Assembly (NCBI GenBank): GCA_964057225.1
Contig: OZ059899.1
Location: forward strand, 5,022,001 to 5,086,000
Length of the DNA: 64,000 bases
Direction of reading: 5' to 3'
Origin: Auanema rhodensis
Taxonomy: Eukaryota; Animalia; Nematoda
Part shown: piece after piece, positions 31,901 through 44,800 of the stretch
Layout of the letters: each line of letters opens with the position of its first letter
Numbering within the stretch: position 1 is the stretch's first letter
Made by a program: the position numbers and the translations under genes
Notes under the pieces: generated by a model
What the model was told of the DNA's origin: nothing
Databases searched by the model: none
Seen by the model: the letters and a program-made list of their open reading frames with translations, nothing else

Positions 31901-32759
31901 CATTCTAATCTATCCGAGCTCAAATAGAAGCATCAGAGCAGATGTGACTGTCAGATTCATTTGTTGAATTACATGATGAATACAGTTGCACTCCAACCTA
32001 GGTTGCCAAATCTGCCTCTATGAGCTGGATGAACATTTTGCTAACAGCTGATTATCTATTCATTAACTATAGTACATAAGACACGGGGACAAGATAGAAA
32101 AAACAACTAAAGTAAATACATAATAACCAGTCTTATGGCTGACCATTTGACCATTTCATCCCTGCTGTTCACTATACATACGTAATTAGGCTCCTAATTA
32201 GCGTGTAATCACGAAATCCGAGACATCCGGTTCATTATGTTTTTATTTTATTGTATTACTCATTTGGGATTGTCTTGAATCATCTTAGGGATATCATATA
32301 ATATATAGTTATGTTATGGAAATCGCTGAAACATATAAAAAAAAAGTATTATATATCTTTTATTTGTTATAATAATTGCGTTTTCGGTTTCTTATTTATA
32401 CATTTGACTCAAAATAATTAAAATAAAGAACAGTTCAATCATATAATGATAAAACTTCTTATTTAAATTTTTTAGAATCAACTGTGCTGATAACAACAAC
32501 GATACTCTTCAATTCCACTCTACTGGAAATACACTTCTTATCGAACTTCGCAGTAATCCATTTTCCGAAAATACATTTACTGGACCTCTTATCTCTTACC
32601 GTACTCGTAAGGTTCATCCAGGTAATAATTTTATTTTTTAATCGAAAGCATTTCATTTATCTTATTTCAGGTGTCAGAACATTCTCTGAAGGCATGTCAG
32701 CCTCTGCCAGTACCTTTATTTTCTCAGCTGTTATTCTTGCAGTCGTTAAATATCTTTAA
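23326..32759 (+). CDS. Secreted, probably GPI-anchored protein: degenerate astacin-like domain + EGF + CUB (9 exons, about 317 aa)
   Basis: Exons 23326-23361, 23464-23515, 25035-25149, 25745-25899, 30850-30937, 30981-31125, 31746-31873, 32476-32621, 32671-32759 splice in frame (954 nt). Signal peptide MLRIVSSLILLTAFVRA; astacin-like VPYYL..MESTCLFFR..C..IHLNEEC..ININYNC; EGF CLHGG..CACKCPYGLTGERC; CUB CG..ISLSSYP..FCQWLIK..CNDFLIV..STGNTLLIELRS; hydrophobic C-terminus TFIFSAVILAVVKYL*. Confidence 0.8.
28933..28958. repeat. (TA)n microsatellite
   Basis: AT dinucleotide run inside intron 4 of the astacin-like gene. Confidence 0.85.
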
Positions 32760-33654
32760 ATTAAAAAATAGTATGAAATGCTAGTTACTATTTTTCTTCT
32801 AAACATATAGCTATTGAAAATGTCTTCAATAGTATAGTCCATAATTGCCGCCTAAATCGTCTCTAATTTCCTTCCCTTTAGGCATAATTTGCTAAGCATT
32901 TTTCTGAAAAAAATTATATTTCATTTAATATATTGTGCAATTCGCCTTCTTATTATTTCATTTTTTGTTGTTCTCTTGCTGCCCTGTTGAAGACTTATTT
33001 TATACATAACACATATGACAAACTAACGTCTACCTCTGATAGATGTTCCCACTGTATTCTAAATTTATAAATTATTGTGGTGATATTCGTTCTCAGATTA
33101 TAATAAACGTGTTCAATTTTCTATCAAAGTTCAAAAATTTGATGTTATCAGCAACAATAACCATAGGAATCAAATAATGAATAGTAAACGTGAAATTATA
33201 TTCAGTCATTTACATAAACGAAAGGGTTGAAAACCTTAAATCAAGATTATACGATTTTTCACAGACTATATTTGTAATTTTTTTTTAAGTTCAACTACTA
33301 TTTGAATTCATGCAACGTGAGATAAAAGTTAACTTAGACACAGGGAAACATTTTTATTTATAATCACCTTAAGTATTATGCCTGTCACGTAAAATGATAT
33401 AAAGCAAAGAATCATTTTCGTTTTTAAGGAACTTGATATCATTCAAGTATGGAATAAGGAATGTAGTTAGATAAAGAGCAACAAAACACAAATACTAAAG
33501 GTTAGGAACAAATATAAACAGTTATACGATAAAGAGCAAGATATGAATATATATGAAAATGAAAATCTATATTCCGAGTTACAGCTCTTTTGAGCAGATT
33601 ATACCTGTTTCAGGAATGACATCACAGGAAGTTAGAACGATAAAGTATAAAAAT

Positions 33655-36600
33655 CTAGTACCTAACGACAGTATTGTTTAGACTGCTATAAACCCGAAAC
33701 TTATCAAACGGACTTACAATTCGGAATTCACAGACAGACTCTAAAATCCAATCTGCATTCAATACCTGAACATATTCATTTAAGGAGAAGAAAACTGACG
33801 CATCTAACCGGGACTTTTGTGTCAAATTCATATCTACGAGCTACATCATGCTCTTTCGAGTCAGGCGCGAAAATTATGTAAGTATCAGGTGGATGACAGT
33901 CCCATAACTTGGTAATTACTTCACCTCCGCACAATTCAATTAACTCCCCTAGTTTCTAAAAGAATTTGACCATTTTAACACGAAATCAAAATAAGTACAA
34001 ACCTCTCTGTTCACCAAGTGATGATTGCTAAACCTTGGAGGTAATAAAAACTTTTTTCCCTTGAAAAGAGGAGTTTTGGAAGTGCGTGCTCGTTGCACAG
34101 CGGTGAGCTGCGATTGGGAAGTAGCTTTCAATGTGTAGGAAGCCTGAATCGAATATTAAATATCAAGAATATGTTTTACTTACAGTGGGTAGTAGTCTAC
34201 CATTTTTCAAACAGTCCTCTAACCATAATCTACCTAACACTTCACAGCAGCGGGCAATAGCGAAAGAATGTTTCAAAGAACGAACAGAGTTTTGTTTCTG
34301 TTCTGAAAGTTATTTAGTTAAAAATGCATTATTAATTAACAATATTCACGTGAATTCATCATAACAAGGTGAGTAACATTTGAAGTTACGTCGTCGTTGA
34401 TTTGAATGGTAGGAAAGGCTATACGAAACTCATGTAATAATTCCTTAAAGAAATCAAAGAAATAAATAGAATATAACTAATAATCACCTCATCTGCTTGG
34501 TTTTCCAGACGTGATAAACATAATACGTAAGATTGCCTACGCTTGGCCGAACTAAACTCAAATATAGGTGTACTATTATTGCGAGGGGTTGAAACAGTAG
34601 CTAAAGCAATACAGGTAAGCATCTATAAAATATTGTACACAATTTAAAACTTACGAGTGCTAGGATCTCCCAAGCGAAGAGTAACCTCAGCCGCAAATGA
34701 ATCGTCAAATTTATTCTCTTTATTGTCGTCATAATCTTTCACGGGTGTTATTGAACAAGGTGTGCCAGGGACGCACTAAGAATTGGGTTATAAAAGCAAT
34801 CAGTTGCATCAATATACCTCTTGATCACCTGAATTACCTGCTTCTATATTATAGTCCGAAAACTTCCTTGGCGCATTAAAAGAAGTAGCCTGCAGAAATA
34901 AGATAAATTGTGAATGCCAGAAAAAGATTTACCCGACGCGGAGTTTCTCGTGAGTCTGTTAGTCTTGTGAGAACTGCAGGGACGTTATAATCAAGCGCAT
35001 CACCCAATTCGAGAGATCCTGAAAATCGAAGCAATAAAAATCTTTGAATAAGAAGAAATAATTCTTTTAAATCAAAACAATATAAATATATTTGCACTAT
35101 AATTTTGTGTTTTTTTCTTAATGAAACTCTCGAAAAAAGCAAAATGTATGATAGCCAGCAGAAAATAATTCACATTTACAGTTTCGAAAGAAGATAATCT
35201 CAAAGTTGAAAAATATAATACTGATTATACCTGAGTCACTTAGATTTGATGAACCTCCTGCCTTAGACTTCAAATCTAAAATATATTAAATTAAAAATTA
35301 AAAAAAAGTTTTCTCGAACCTCTATTGGAAGCTTCCGAAAAATAAGTAGCCGAGTCAAGTTCACAGTTTGTTTCACTTGCTTTTTTCTTCTCTAAATTTT
35401 TTTTTTTGTGAACAGTAGATATTTACGTTTTTCAGGTAAAATTTACTTTCAGGTAAGATTTAAGAATGCCTTACCTAAGCTAATCGATGCCTTCTTTTGT
35501 TGCGTATAACGGATTTTATCGGTTAGATCTGAAAAGCCAAGATTTCTGATCGAATGCTTAATGATCGCCTCACTAGACTCTTTTGCATTATTCACATTAG
35601 AAATTATTTGCGATGGAGACACGTCTTTAGCTAAGCGCAAGTTTAGTATCCGGCAAAGAGCTTCTTGTTCTTCATCCTACGATTAAATCAAAACAATAGC
35701 ATGAAACATTCTCTATTAAAACGGATTAATACCTTCATAAGAATTGAAACAATTCCTGGTAGAATAGAAAAAAGGGCTTCAATATCAGTTTCAATATTTG
35801 GCTCAGCTTCTGAAAACAAATAAAGTAATGACAATATAAAATTGGGACAAAAATTATTTTTACTTCTCTTCGTATCAATCACCGATCTGATATTAATATC
35901 AGCTAAGTCTGGGTTTAGATTACACTGTACTTCGGCATGAACATGTGTATTTAACACTTCAACGCTTCGAGTTTTGCCTAATTCCTTAAAAATTATATTA
36001 CAATCCTGCTTCTAAATTTGTTATCGAACGTCATCAGATGTAGCTGGACGTTTAACGCCGAGTATGCTAGAAATATTTTCGCTTTCCTTTTTATCTGGAA
36101 GAGGCTCATCATCTTCGTTTTCCTCTTCTAATTTACTCAATTTGGCAGGCATGGAAGGCCCACCAAGTTGTTTACGTTTAGGACGCTAAAGCATACAGGT
36201 TGTTAAAATTCGAATGAGAGAAACATACTGGACGAGCAAAAATAGGAAGCGGCGCTTTAGGAAGTACAAAATCGCGCATAGGACTATCAGTTTGGGTAGA
36301 AAGAATAGCTTGGCTTTCAAGGAAAATATTTTCCTTTGGAATATGTATAGTAGTTTCTGCAACATCTCTTTTGAAGGCGCGAGCAAGTTGTAAATATGCT
36401 TGAACGATGCTATTTAGTGATTCAGAAGGAACGCAACTCCTAAAACGATGAAGGTCATTATATAATATATACATATATGAATCAAATTTACCTCTTCTTT
36501 ATTTGCTGTCGACACATTGGACATTCTATTTGAGTTTTTCGATAGAAACAAGAGTCGATACATTCTTTACAAAACGGATGATTGCAACTAGGAACTACAG

Positions 36601-36865
36601 GATTTTTCAGAGTAGAACAACTGGAATATATAATAATAATATTTAAAATAATTATATGAATTAATGATTTAAAGAATAGAGTAAATGTACAAATATTGCG
36701 CACATCTTAAAAGAATGGTCTTAATAAAAAGCAATACCACATACATACATAAATATATATATATAAAACCAACCAAATAGCACATCTTAGATTAGCTTGA
36801 AGATCCTTAGCTAAAACCGTATTAATTTCAACAGCAATGTCATGAGCCGGTTTATTAGCAGTCAT
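33655..36865 (-). CDS. brc-1: BRCA1 ortholog (RING + tandem BRCT)
   Basis: N-terminal RING LRCAICCSTLKNPVVPSCNHPFCKECIDSCFYRKTQIECPMCRQ followed by SIVQAYLQLARAFKRD..FLESQ. BRCT1 has VTHLVM..FAIARCCEVLGRLWLEDCLKNG. BRCT2 has PLFKGKKFLL..LGELIELCGG..VLNADWILESVCEFRI. The 3' end (TAG 33657-33655) is slightly uncertain because an alternative last splice is possible. Confidence 0.88.
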
Positions 36866-37226
36866 TCCCGATCATTTGTCTGAAAACACGACCTGACTTC
36901 ACAAAACAACAATTAAAATAAAAGTAAAGTTCCCGAACAGTTCAATAATTATATTAACAGATACATATTTTAATTTCATTTCAATACAGTTTGCTTTGAA
37001 TTTGAATTTTCTTGATTCTTTTAATTTTTAATAAAATATGCATGTAATGATGAAATTTTTGTTGTTATGTTAAAAAATTGTGGTGATTAACAGATGTCAA
37101 CATTAAAATATTCTTCAATACGCAAAGAAATGATAAACAAATTACAAATAAAGTTGAAATCTGTAAATGAAAGCTTTTTTTATTATTCTTCACCAAATTT
37201 CAATGCGGAAAATCAGGTTTGAAAAC

Positions 37227-37241
37227 TTCAAATTCGCGCCA
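37227..37241 (-). promoter_or_regulatory. CDE-CHR (DREAM/E2F-MuvB) element upstream of brc-1
   Basis: The minus strand reads TGGCGC-GAA-TTTGAA, an exact match to BSSSSS-NNN-TTYRAA. It includes the E2F-type TTCGCGCC on the plus strand and lies in the brc-1/acs-19 divergent promoter beside a CCACGCCCC GC box. Confidence 0.7.
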
Positions 37242-37618
37242 CTGGCGAGAGAAACTGTGTACCCCATGCAAAGCCACGCCCCCAACTCTGAGAGCCTCGG
37301 TTCATTCTCTACGAGGCCCAACCAGCCGGCGGTTGGTTCGATCTATCTCTCTCTTCTCTCTCTCACTCCTTTTTTCGTTGTCTCGTTTCCGAACAAATAC
37401 TAAGCCAAATCGCAAGAGCGATAAGATGTTGCCTTGCAACTATTCGTTCGCTGTCAGTGTTCCAAACTAGGCCACAGACTAGACTGTATTTGACCTTAGC
37501 AATACATATATATATATATAGATCTAACTGTACTCTATAATAAATATGTTAAACATGCATTATTTTAAAAATGTTAAAGTTTTATTTTGTTCAGGTGGTC
37601 TTTACTTTGAACCCCGCG

Positions 37619-40600
37619 ATGTCAGATGTTCGTGTAAAGTTTGACCTAAATGGTCCTGTGACCGAAAAGGAGACGGAAGAGGTATCGCCTTAGACTATCA
37701 GTGACCTCTTTCTATGAACATTGTGATTCATGATTGTTGATTGTATAGGTTTTCCTTCCCCCTGCACCCCTTCTTGCTGGTGCTCATGTCTCTGGTCTGC
37801 CTTCATACTATGAAAAGTATCGTAGCTCCATTAATGACTCTGATGCTTTCTGGAAAACTGTTACCGCTGAGTTGTATTTTGAAGCTCTATCTGACAAAGT
37901 AAGACAATTTTGAAGACAAAGAAAATAAATGAAATTTAAAAGGGATTGGAATACAATTTCGATGCAAAGAAGGGAAAAGTCTTCTGCAAATTCATGGATG
38001 GTGCTCGTACTAATATCTCCTACAATTGCCTCGAAAGAAACCTTCAGAGAGGGTTGGGCGATCGGGTAAACTAGATAAAAAGTGATTACTGAAATTTTTG
38101 ATAAATATAGGTAGCCTACATTTGGGAAGGTAACGAGCCCTCAGATACATCAAAAATTACCTATGCCGAGCTTCATAAGCAGGTATGTCTAACTTAGTGT
38201 ACAGTATTCCTCGATAAATTAATTTTACTGTTACATCTTAGGTTGTAAATTTTTCCGCTGTTCTGCGTTCCCATGGTGTCAAGAAAGGTGATGTTGTTGC
38301 CATCTATCTTCCTATGGTACTGGAACTTGCTGTGGCTATGTTGGCATGTGCTCGAATAGGTAATATCATTGGAATAGGATTGCATGATCACAAGCTATAA
38401 TTTAGGTGCCATGCATTCCGTTGTCTTTGCCGGTTTTTCTGCTGAATCCCTCTCCGCACGTATGCTGGACGCTCAGTACGTTTTTAAAATGAATACCGCA
38501 AAAAAGGAAATTGTTTTAGTTGTCGCGTTCTGATTACTGCCGATGGCTTCTACCGTTCCACAAAATTGATAAATTTGAAGACCATTGCGGATTCCGCCGT
38601 CCAATTATGTAAAGCAGATAGTTTGAATGTTTCCTCTGTTATTGTGGTTGAGCACGTCAAGCGCATCACCGTTCCTTCTGGTGCACCTACTTTGCAGGTT
38701 AGCATGAGATCAAATTTCGAAATCTAATCATTGTGTTAAGGAGTTTGTGAAATCTGAAATTGACTTTTCTTATGAAGAAGAAATGAAGAAATTAGAAGGC
38801 GTAGATTCTCCAGTTGAGTGGATGGAAGCCGAAAGTCCTCTGTTCCTCCTCTACACTTCGTAAGTATTAAGATTAATTTTGGCGTTATGAACATTTTACA
38901 AATCTTGCGTTCTGTTACTTTTTGACCGTTTACGTTTCATTTTCAATATTTGTTTCACATGCCTATATATCTTGCCAACTCTATGTGCATATATCAAGAA
39001 AGAAATCAATTCTTTTCCCCCTCTCTGTAGCGCTTAGAGAATGAAAGCTCTGCATCGTTTCCTTTCCCAGTCGAAAACCCATAGCACTTTTTCTTCTCTG
39101 CTTCCATTTCTCCTCTTCTCACCACCATCATGACCAACAGAAGCGGCGTTTCATATTCTCTGTTTCTCTCTTTCGTTTACTCCCTTAGCTGCTTTTCTTC
39201 CACAATGGCCGAGGAGAAGCATCCCCCCAGCGAATTGTATATATCCATCTGTCAGTCTTTTTCTTATGCTTCAGCAAACAAGGAACACGTCAAGTTTTAG
39301 AAATAACAGAATAGTTCATCAAAGTTCAGAGTAATCACAGAAAAGTTTAATTTTCCCTTTTCAGCGGGTCTACGGGAAAACCAAAAGGAATACAGCATAC
39401 CACAGCTGGTTATATGACGTATAGTTATTTTACAACCAAATGTACATTTGATGCACAGCCTGAAAAGGACGTATATTGGTGCACCGCTGACTGTGGTTGG
39501 ATTACAGGACACTCGTGAGTTTTTTTAATATTCAAAATGACAAAGCCTTTTTCTCCTTTTTTAATCTCTTTTATTGTATATTCTTTTCTTCAGTTATCTC
39601 TTGTATGGTCCTTTGATGAATGGTCTGACTGGAATATGGTTTGAAGGAGTGCCAACGTACCCTACACCATCCCGTATGTGGGAAGTTACCGATAAGTATA
39701 AGGTAATGATTTCTGATATAAATGCCGAAATGTTCGCCTCACATGTCACCAGCTTAGTGAAATGCACGTGCTTTGCATGTTTTCCCACCATATACTGACT
39801 CAGTGCTGCGATGCACAATAGTTCTTATCACTATGGGGCGATGGTGTGAGCTATATTACATAATCACAAAGTTTTTTGATCTTGGATCATATTAGCGAGA
39901 ACACGTCATAAGAGAATTCGAGATTGAAAATAAATATGAATTAATTAAAATTTAATGGTTTAATTTTAGGTGAATAAGCTTTATACTTCTCCAACTGCTG
40001 TCCGTGCTCTGATGGCATTGGGTGACCAACATGTTACTAAGTAGGGATTTGTAATAACTTCCGCAAAAAATATTTTTTGAAGGTGTTCAAGAATGAGTCT
40101 TGAAATTCTTGGAACTGTAGGAGAACCTATAAACCCAGCTGCTTGGAAATGGCTGCACTCTGTTGTTGGAAACAGTCGTTGTGCTATCGTTGACACATAT
40201 TGGCAAACTGAAACAGTATGCACATTGTATGAATATAACAGTTATAATGTGAATATTCTAGGGAGGACATATGATTGTTCCACTACCTGGAGCTACTCCT
40301 ACCAAGCCTGGAGCTGCCACTTTCCCCTTCTTTGGAGTAAATCCTGTTATTCTTGATGGGGAAGGACGAGTAATCGAGGGACCTGGAGAAGGAAACCTAT
40401 GCTTCGACCGTGCATGGCCTGGAATGTGCCGAGGAGTGTTTGGAGACGAATCAAGGTAAGTGAGAGGCAACTAAACTTGGAGCTTTTCTTAATTCATTAG
40501 ATTCGTTCAAACATACTTTGCTCCTTTCAACGGTTACTACTTTACCGGAGACGGTGCTCGTCGTGATGAGGATGGATATATCTGGATCACCGGGCGTGTT

Positions 40601-41094
40601 GATGATCTCATGAATGTTTCTGGACATCTTTTATCTACTGCTGAAATTGAGAGCGCTTTAGTTGCTCACCCAAAGGTTGCTGAAGCTGCTGTCGTAGCTG
40701 CACCTCATGACATTAAAGGAAGTTATCCATATGCCTTCGTTACTATGAATACAGGAGAGCACTTGAACAAAGAGCTTGTAAGAACAAACGTTTTTTAATA
40801 GAAATTTTAAATTTCTGCTCCAGGTTTCTGAGTTGAAAACGTTTGTGCGTGGCAAAATTGGTGCTCTTGCTGTACCTGATGTTATTCAAAATGCCCCAGG
40901 TCTTCCAAAAACTCGTTCAGGAAAGGTATTATTTAAAAAAATTATATTCCAGTATTTTTCAATAAATTAAGGTGACCCGTCGTATTCTCCGCAAAATAGC
41001 CGAAGGCCAAGAAAGCGCAATTGGAGATACCACAACTTTGATCGATGAAGGCGTCATCAAACAGCTGATTTCTGGACGTGACCTTAAAGGTTAA
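37619..41094 (+). CDS. acs-19: Acetyl-CoA synthetase (ACSS2 type)
   Basis: [39 protein letters not shown]-loop [91 protein letters not shown] at 37619, TAA at 41092-41094, AATAAA at 41473. Confidence 0.95.
39736..39863 (+). ncRNA. Candidate structured intronic RNA in acs-19
   Basis: CTCACAT (39738-44) pairs with GTGTGAG (39844-50) and TAGTGA (39755-60) with TCACTA (39828-33). An alternative two-hairpin fold is followed by ACA. Confidence 0.3.
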
Positions 41095-41817
41095 ACCTCG
41101 TTTCCAGTTTAGCTCACCAGAAAATCAATTAGCAATCTTTGAATTCAAATTTTCTTCTCTTTTTTAGCATGTTCACTCACTTCTTAATTCCATAGTCCGC
41201 AACTAGTCTCTGACTGACGAGTTGCATAATTTTAGTGTGTTATTTTGTCATTCCTTGTTCGAAGAAAATTTAATCTCATTTTCTACCCTTTGAATTTAAA
41301 ATATTCTGAAGGAACCTCGTTACCCACGCGCATCTCTTATTAGATTTGTGCGTTGAAAACGTGAATCTTTCTCTAATAGTTTTACTTTTTTTTTGTACCA
41401 TTTTTATTTATTTGGAAAAGATGAAGATAAAGAAGAATAAGAAGATACATGTATAATTTTTATAATGACGGCAATAAATATGTATTGAAGAATTCATTCT
41501 ATTCTATTTTTGGTTCAATTTTCATGAAAATAGTGCCAATTTGATCTGGCAGCATGGAGCCGGATGCAGTGATGTTTTCTGTTTAGTCATCGTCGTACGA
41601 CGTTACCAGATAGTATCTTTGCATCTGTCGTCCTCAAATTTCCTTTAAAGATTGTACTTGTCATTATCATTAGATCAGACACGATATTTAAGAAATATCG
41701 TCATAGTTTATGTTATCTTAATTATTATTTTTAAAACTATAACATCACTCATATATAGTAAGTGTAACGGAACTAACTCGATCTATTTTTACTTTGTTTT
41801 ACTTCTTTCATAGGTCA

Positions 41818-44800
41818 ATGATGTATATCAGTGAAGTATGTTTACTTCAACAACTTATGCGGAAAAAGCAGTTTTCTATGGAGGACAAAGCAGCCTTAAT
41901 ATGGTAAAAAGATGTTATTTGTTTTACAATTTGTATCGTTTTCCTCGTATGCCTGTGCTTGACTGGTGTATGTTCTAATGTTTATGGGAAGCTATTTTTC
42001 GTTGTTGATTGAATATATATATTTTCAATATGAAAATCAACAATTATCTTTTTGTAGTTAAAATCTATTTAACTATAGAAAGATTATTAAATAAAAAAAA
42101 GAAAAAGAAAACAAACGTATAATATAAGAAATATGAATGTAAGTAGTAAGAAATATACATTTTTCAAGATTATGTTGCCTTGACACCTACATGTGTATCT
42201 CGAATGAATTTGTGTGTGTTAGTAGTTGCATAATGACGACTTCATTACTATTTCACTTCAACTTATGTCTCTTGTTTGCTCAACATGTTTTCTCACTTCT
42301 TGCTATTCTTTTTCATTTTCGCAGATCTCTCTTCTTTCTATTTTGCATTTTCATGTAGGTTTTACTATGCCTCTTACTTGCATGTTATCTCTTCACTCCC
42401 ATTTTCGCCTCTTTATTTGTGATATGAGCAGCATGGATTGTATATCGGAAAGTGAATTGTCGGAGAAAAAAACAGAAAAAGCTTAAAAAGAAAAAAAATT
42501 TAATTGAAAATGAAAACAAGAACCACATGAGGAAAATATGCGCATCAATCAAATCAACTTAAGAAATCTGATAAAGGATAACATGAAACGAAGTAGAAAA
42601 CAGAATATTCGTATATTCAACGAATCTATTTATCTCTTTTCGATGTTGAAATGTGATGCTAAATGGAAACAATCTCTCAGCATCATCTGATATATAATAA
42701 CTGAATATCTATGTATATATTATATATTTTAAAGATTTGCCATATATTTCCAAAACTTTCATATTTGATCAAAAATAATTTATCTGTTACTAATGGGGTG
42801 ATTGCCCGTCTGAATTGTTCTATAGATTAGTATTTGAGAGAAAAAGCCAAAAAAAGAACGTAAATACGGAAGAGAGAAATGTGATCAATGATTTATAGAT
42901 TTTAAATTTTATTTGTATGTTATCTCGAAATCTGATCAGATCAGAATCGTATGATTTAACAAACAAAATATCAAGCCTAATCAGGAGATGTTGTTACACC
43001 ATTTGCACCTTGATGTCATATACTAAGTTCATGAACGTTTAAACATGAACTTTGTTTTCGGGGGTATTTTCTTTTTTTTTTTGGAATAGAAGATAAGCCG
43101 ATCAACATCATAAGAATATTTGTAACATAACAGATAGAACATAAAGGCTTTATCTCATCAATTACTCATTTGACTTAATGTTTTATATCTTTGAATCTAT
43201 AGAAGTTCTTAAAGCTTTAAATTTCAAATGGTATTGGCATAGAACGATAACGTTATGAACACGCGATTGCAAATATTTCAAATTGGCTGATGCTATGAAA
43301 TCAGCCGATATTTATGTTTACTATTGCCATCATCACCTCACTTTTTGTCATATAAAAGCATATATTACAATACAAATTAATGACTAAATAAGGGATTAAA
43401 TATAATAATTTAATAATAATTATAGGGAAGGAAATTATTATGATGGAATGTGTCATGATTATGCTGAATTATCATGGAAAACAATATCTATTGTTGTTGC
43501 AAAAACAACTAAATTACTTAATAAATATTGTCAACAGGTATTTTATAAATATAACTATATATATATAACTATATATATATAATTATTTTAAATCATAAAA
43601 TATAAATTTAAGTTTGAAACATTTCCTTTTTTCTTTTTTTTTTCGTTTGTGGTACAATCATTCATACAGTATAAAAGAATATTTTCTAAGAATATGCACG
43701 TAAGAGCTAATGTTTGTTGATCTAATTGAACTTATTTTTGTTCAAATAATGTCAACTTGTATACGTGATAAAGATTATTTTAGAAAATGAACATAAAATA
43801 TAAATAATTTGATTATTTTCTTTTTATAAATATAAAAAGATTAATCTTTTATTTCATTAAATTTAAAAAAGAAAAGAAATTTTATGTTTATTCATCATCA
43901 TCGTCATCATCTTCTTTGTTATCTTTGATGTTTCAGAAGAAGAATTAAGCATTTCAGTTTATAGTTGAGAACAAAATTTTGTTGTTTATGATATAACATT
44001 GAATTGAAATTTAAAAAAAAAGAAAAGCTTTTCAAATAATTTTTACAAAGAAGAAAGTTTTTTGTGTTTTTAACAAAAAAAAACGGATAGAATTGTAAGG
44101 GAAATGAAATAGAAGATAGAACAAAATCTAAAATAAACAAAAAAAAACATAAAATGATTATAGTATTCAACTAATTATATTATATAATTCTATATAATTT
44201 AACTTTTTCGTTTATATACAATTATTTTCTATTTTCTTCTTTTCTTTGTTGAAATTTGAAATCTTCATAGATGCAATAGAAGATGAAAGGGGAGTTGAAA
44301 CAATTATTTGAAGCTATTAGTATAAATAATTTAGTAAATATTTAATAATTTAAATATATTAACCTTATTATTATTATTATATTTTTTTATAAAATATAAT
44401 TTTTAAAATAATTTTTCAACAATACCCTTACTCATTTTGGTTTAATATACCTCTGTATAACATGGGGTTGCTACACTGTTTTTCAAATTTATTGTATTGT
44501 TTTGTGAAATTTGAAACATTTTTTCAAAAAAAATGTGAAAATGAAATATATATTTTAGAAAAACTTTTTTTTTTCGATGATATTGACTTACAAAATAGAC
44601 AATATCTTCAAACGCCCACAAAAAACATTTAAAGTAAATTCATTGATTTAAAGATTTATATTATATAGATTAGAGTATATAATATACATTTATAAGTTAA
44701 TTTATTTATTAAATAAAAATAAATAAAACTTTATTAATTTAAAATAAAAAGATTTTATTTTTTTTTAATTTCGTGATCTTCTTCTTCTTCCTTCTTAACA

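Noticed and set aside
33655-36865. BARD1 (brd-1) as an alternative identity for the RING-BRCT gene
   Set aside because: No ankyrin repeats. The post-RING helix and ESQ motif and the linkage to acs-19 fit BRCA1/brc-1.
41473-41818. acs-19 and the ACS-like gene as an SL2 operon
   Set aside because: The AATAAA-to-acceptor distance is about 335 nt, longer than the typical 100 nt or so; it cannot be supported without SL2 reads.
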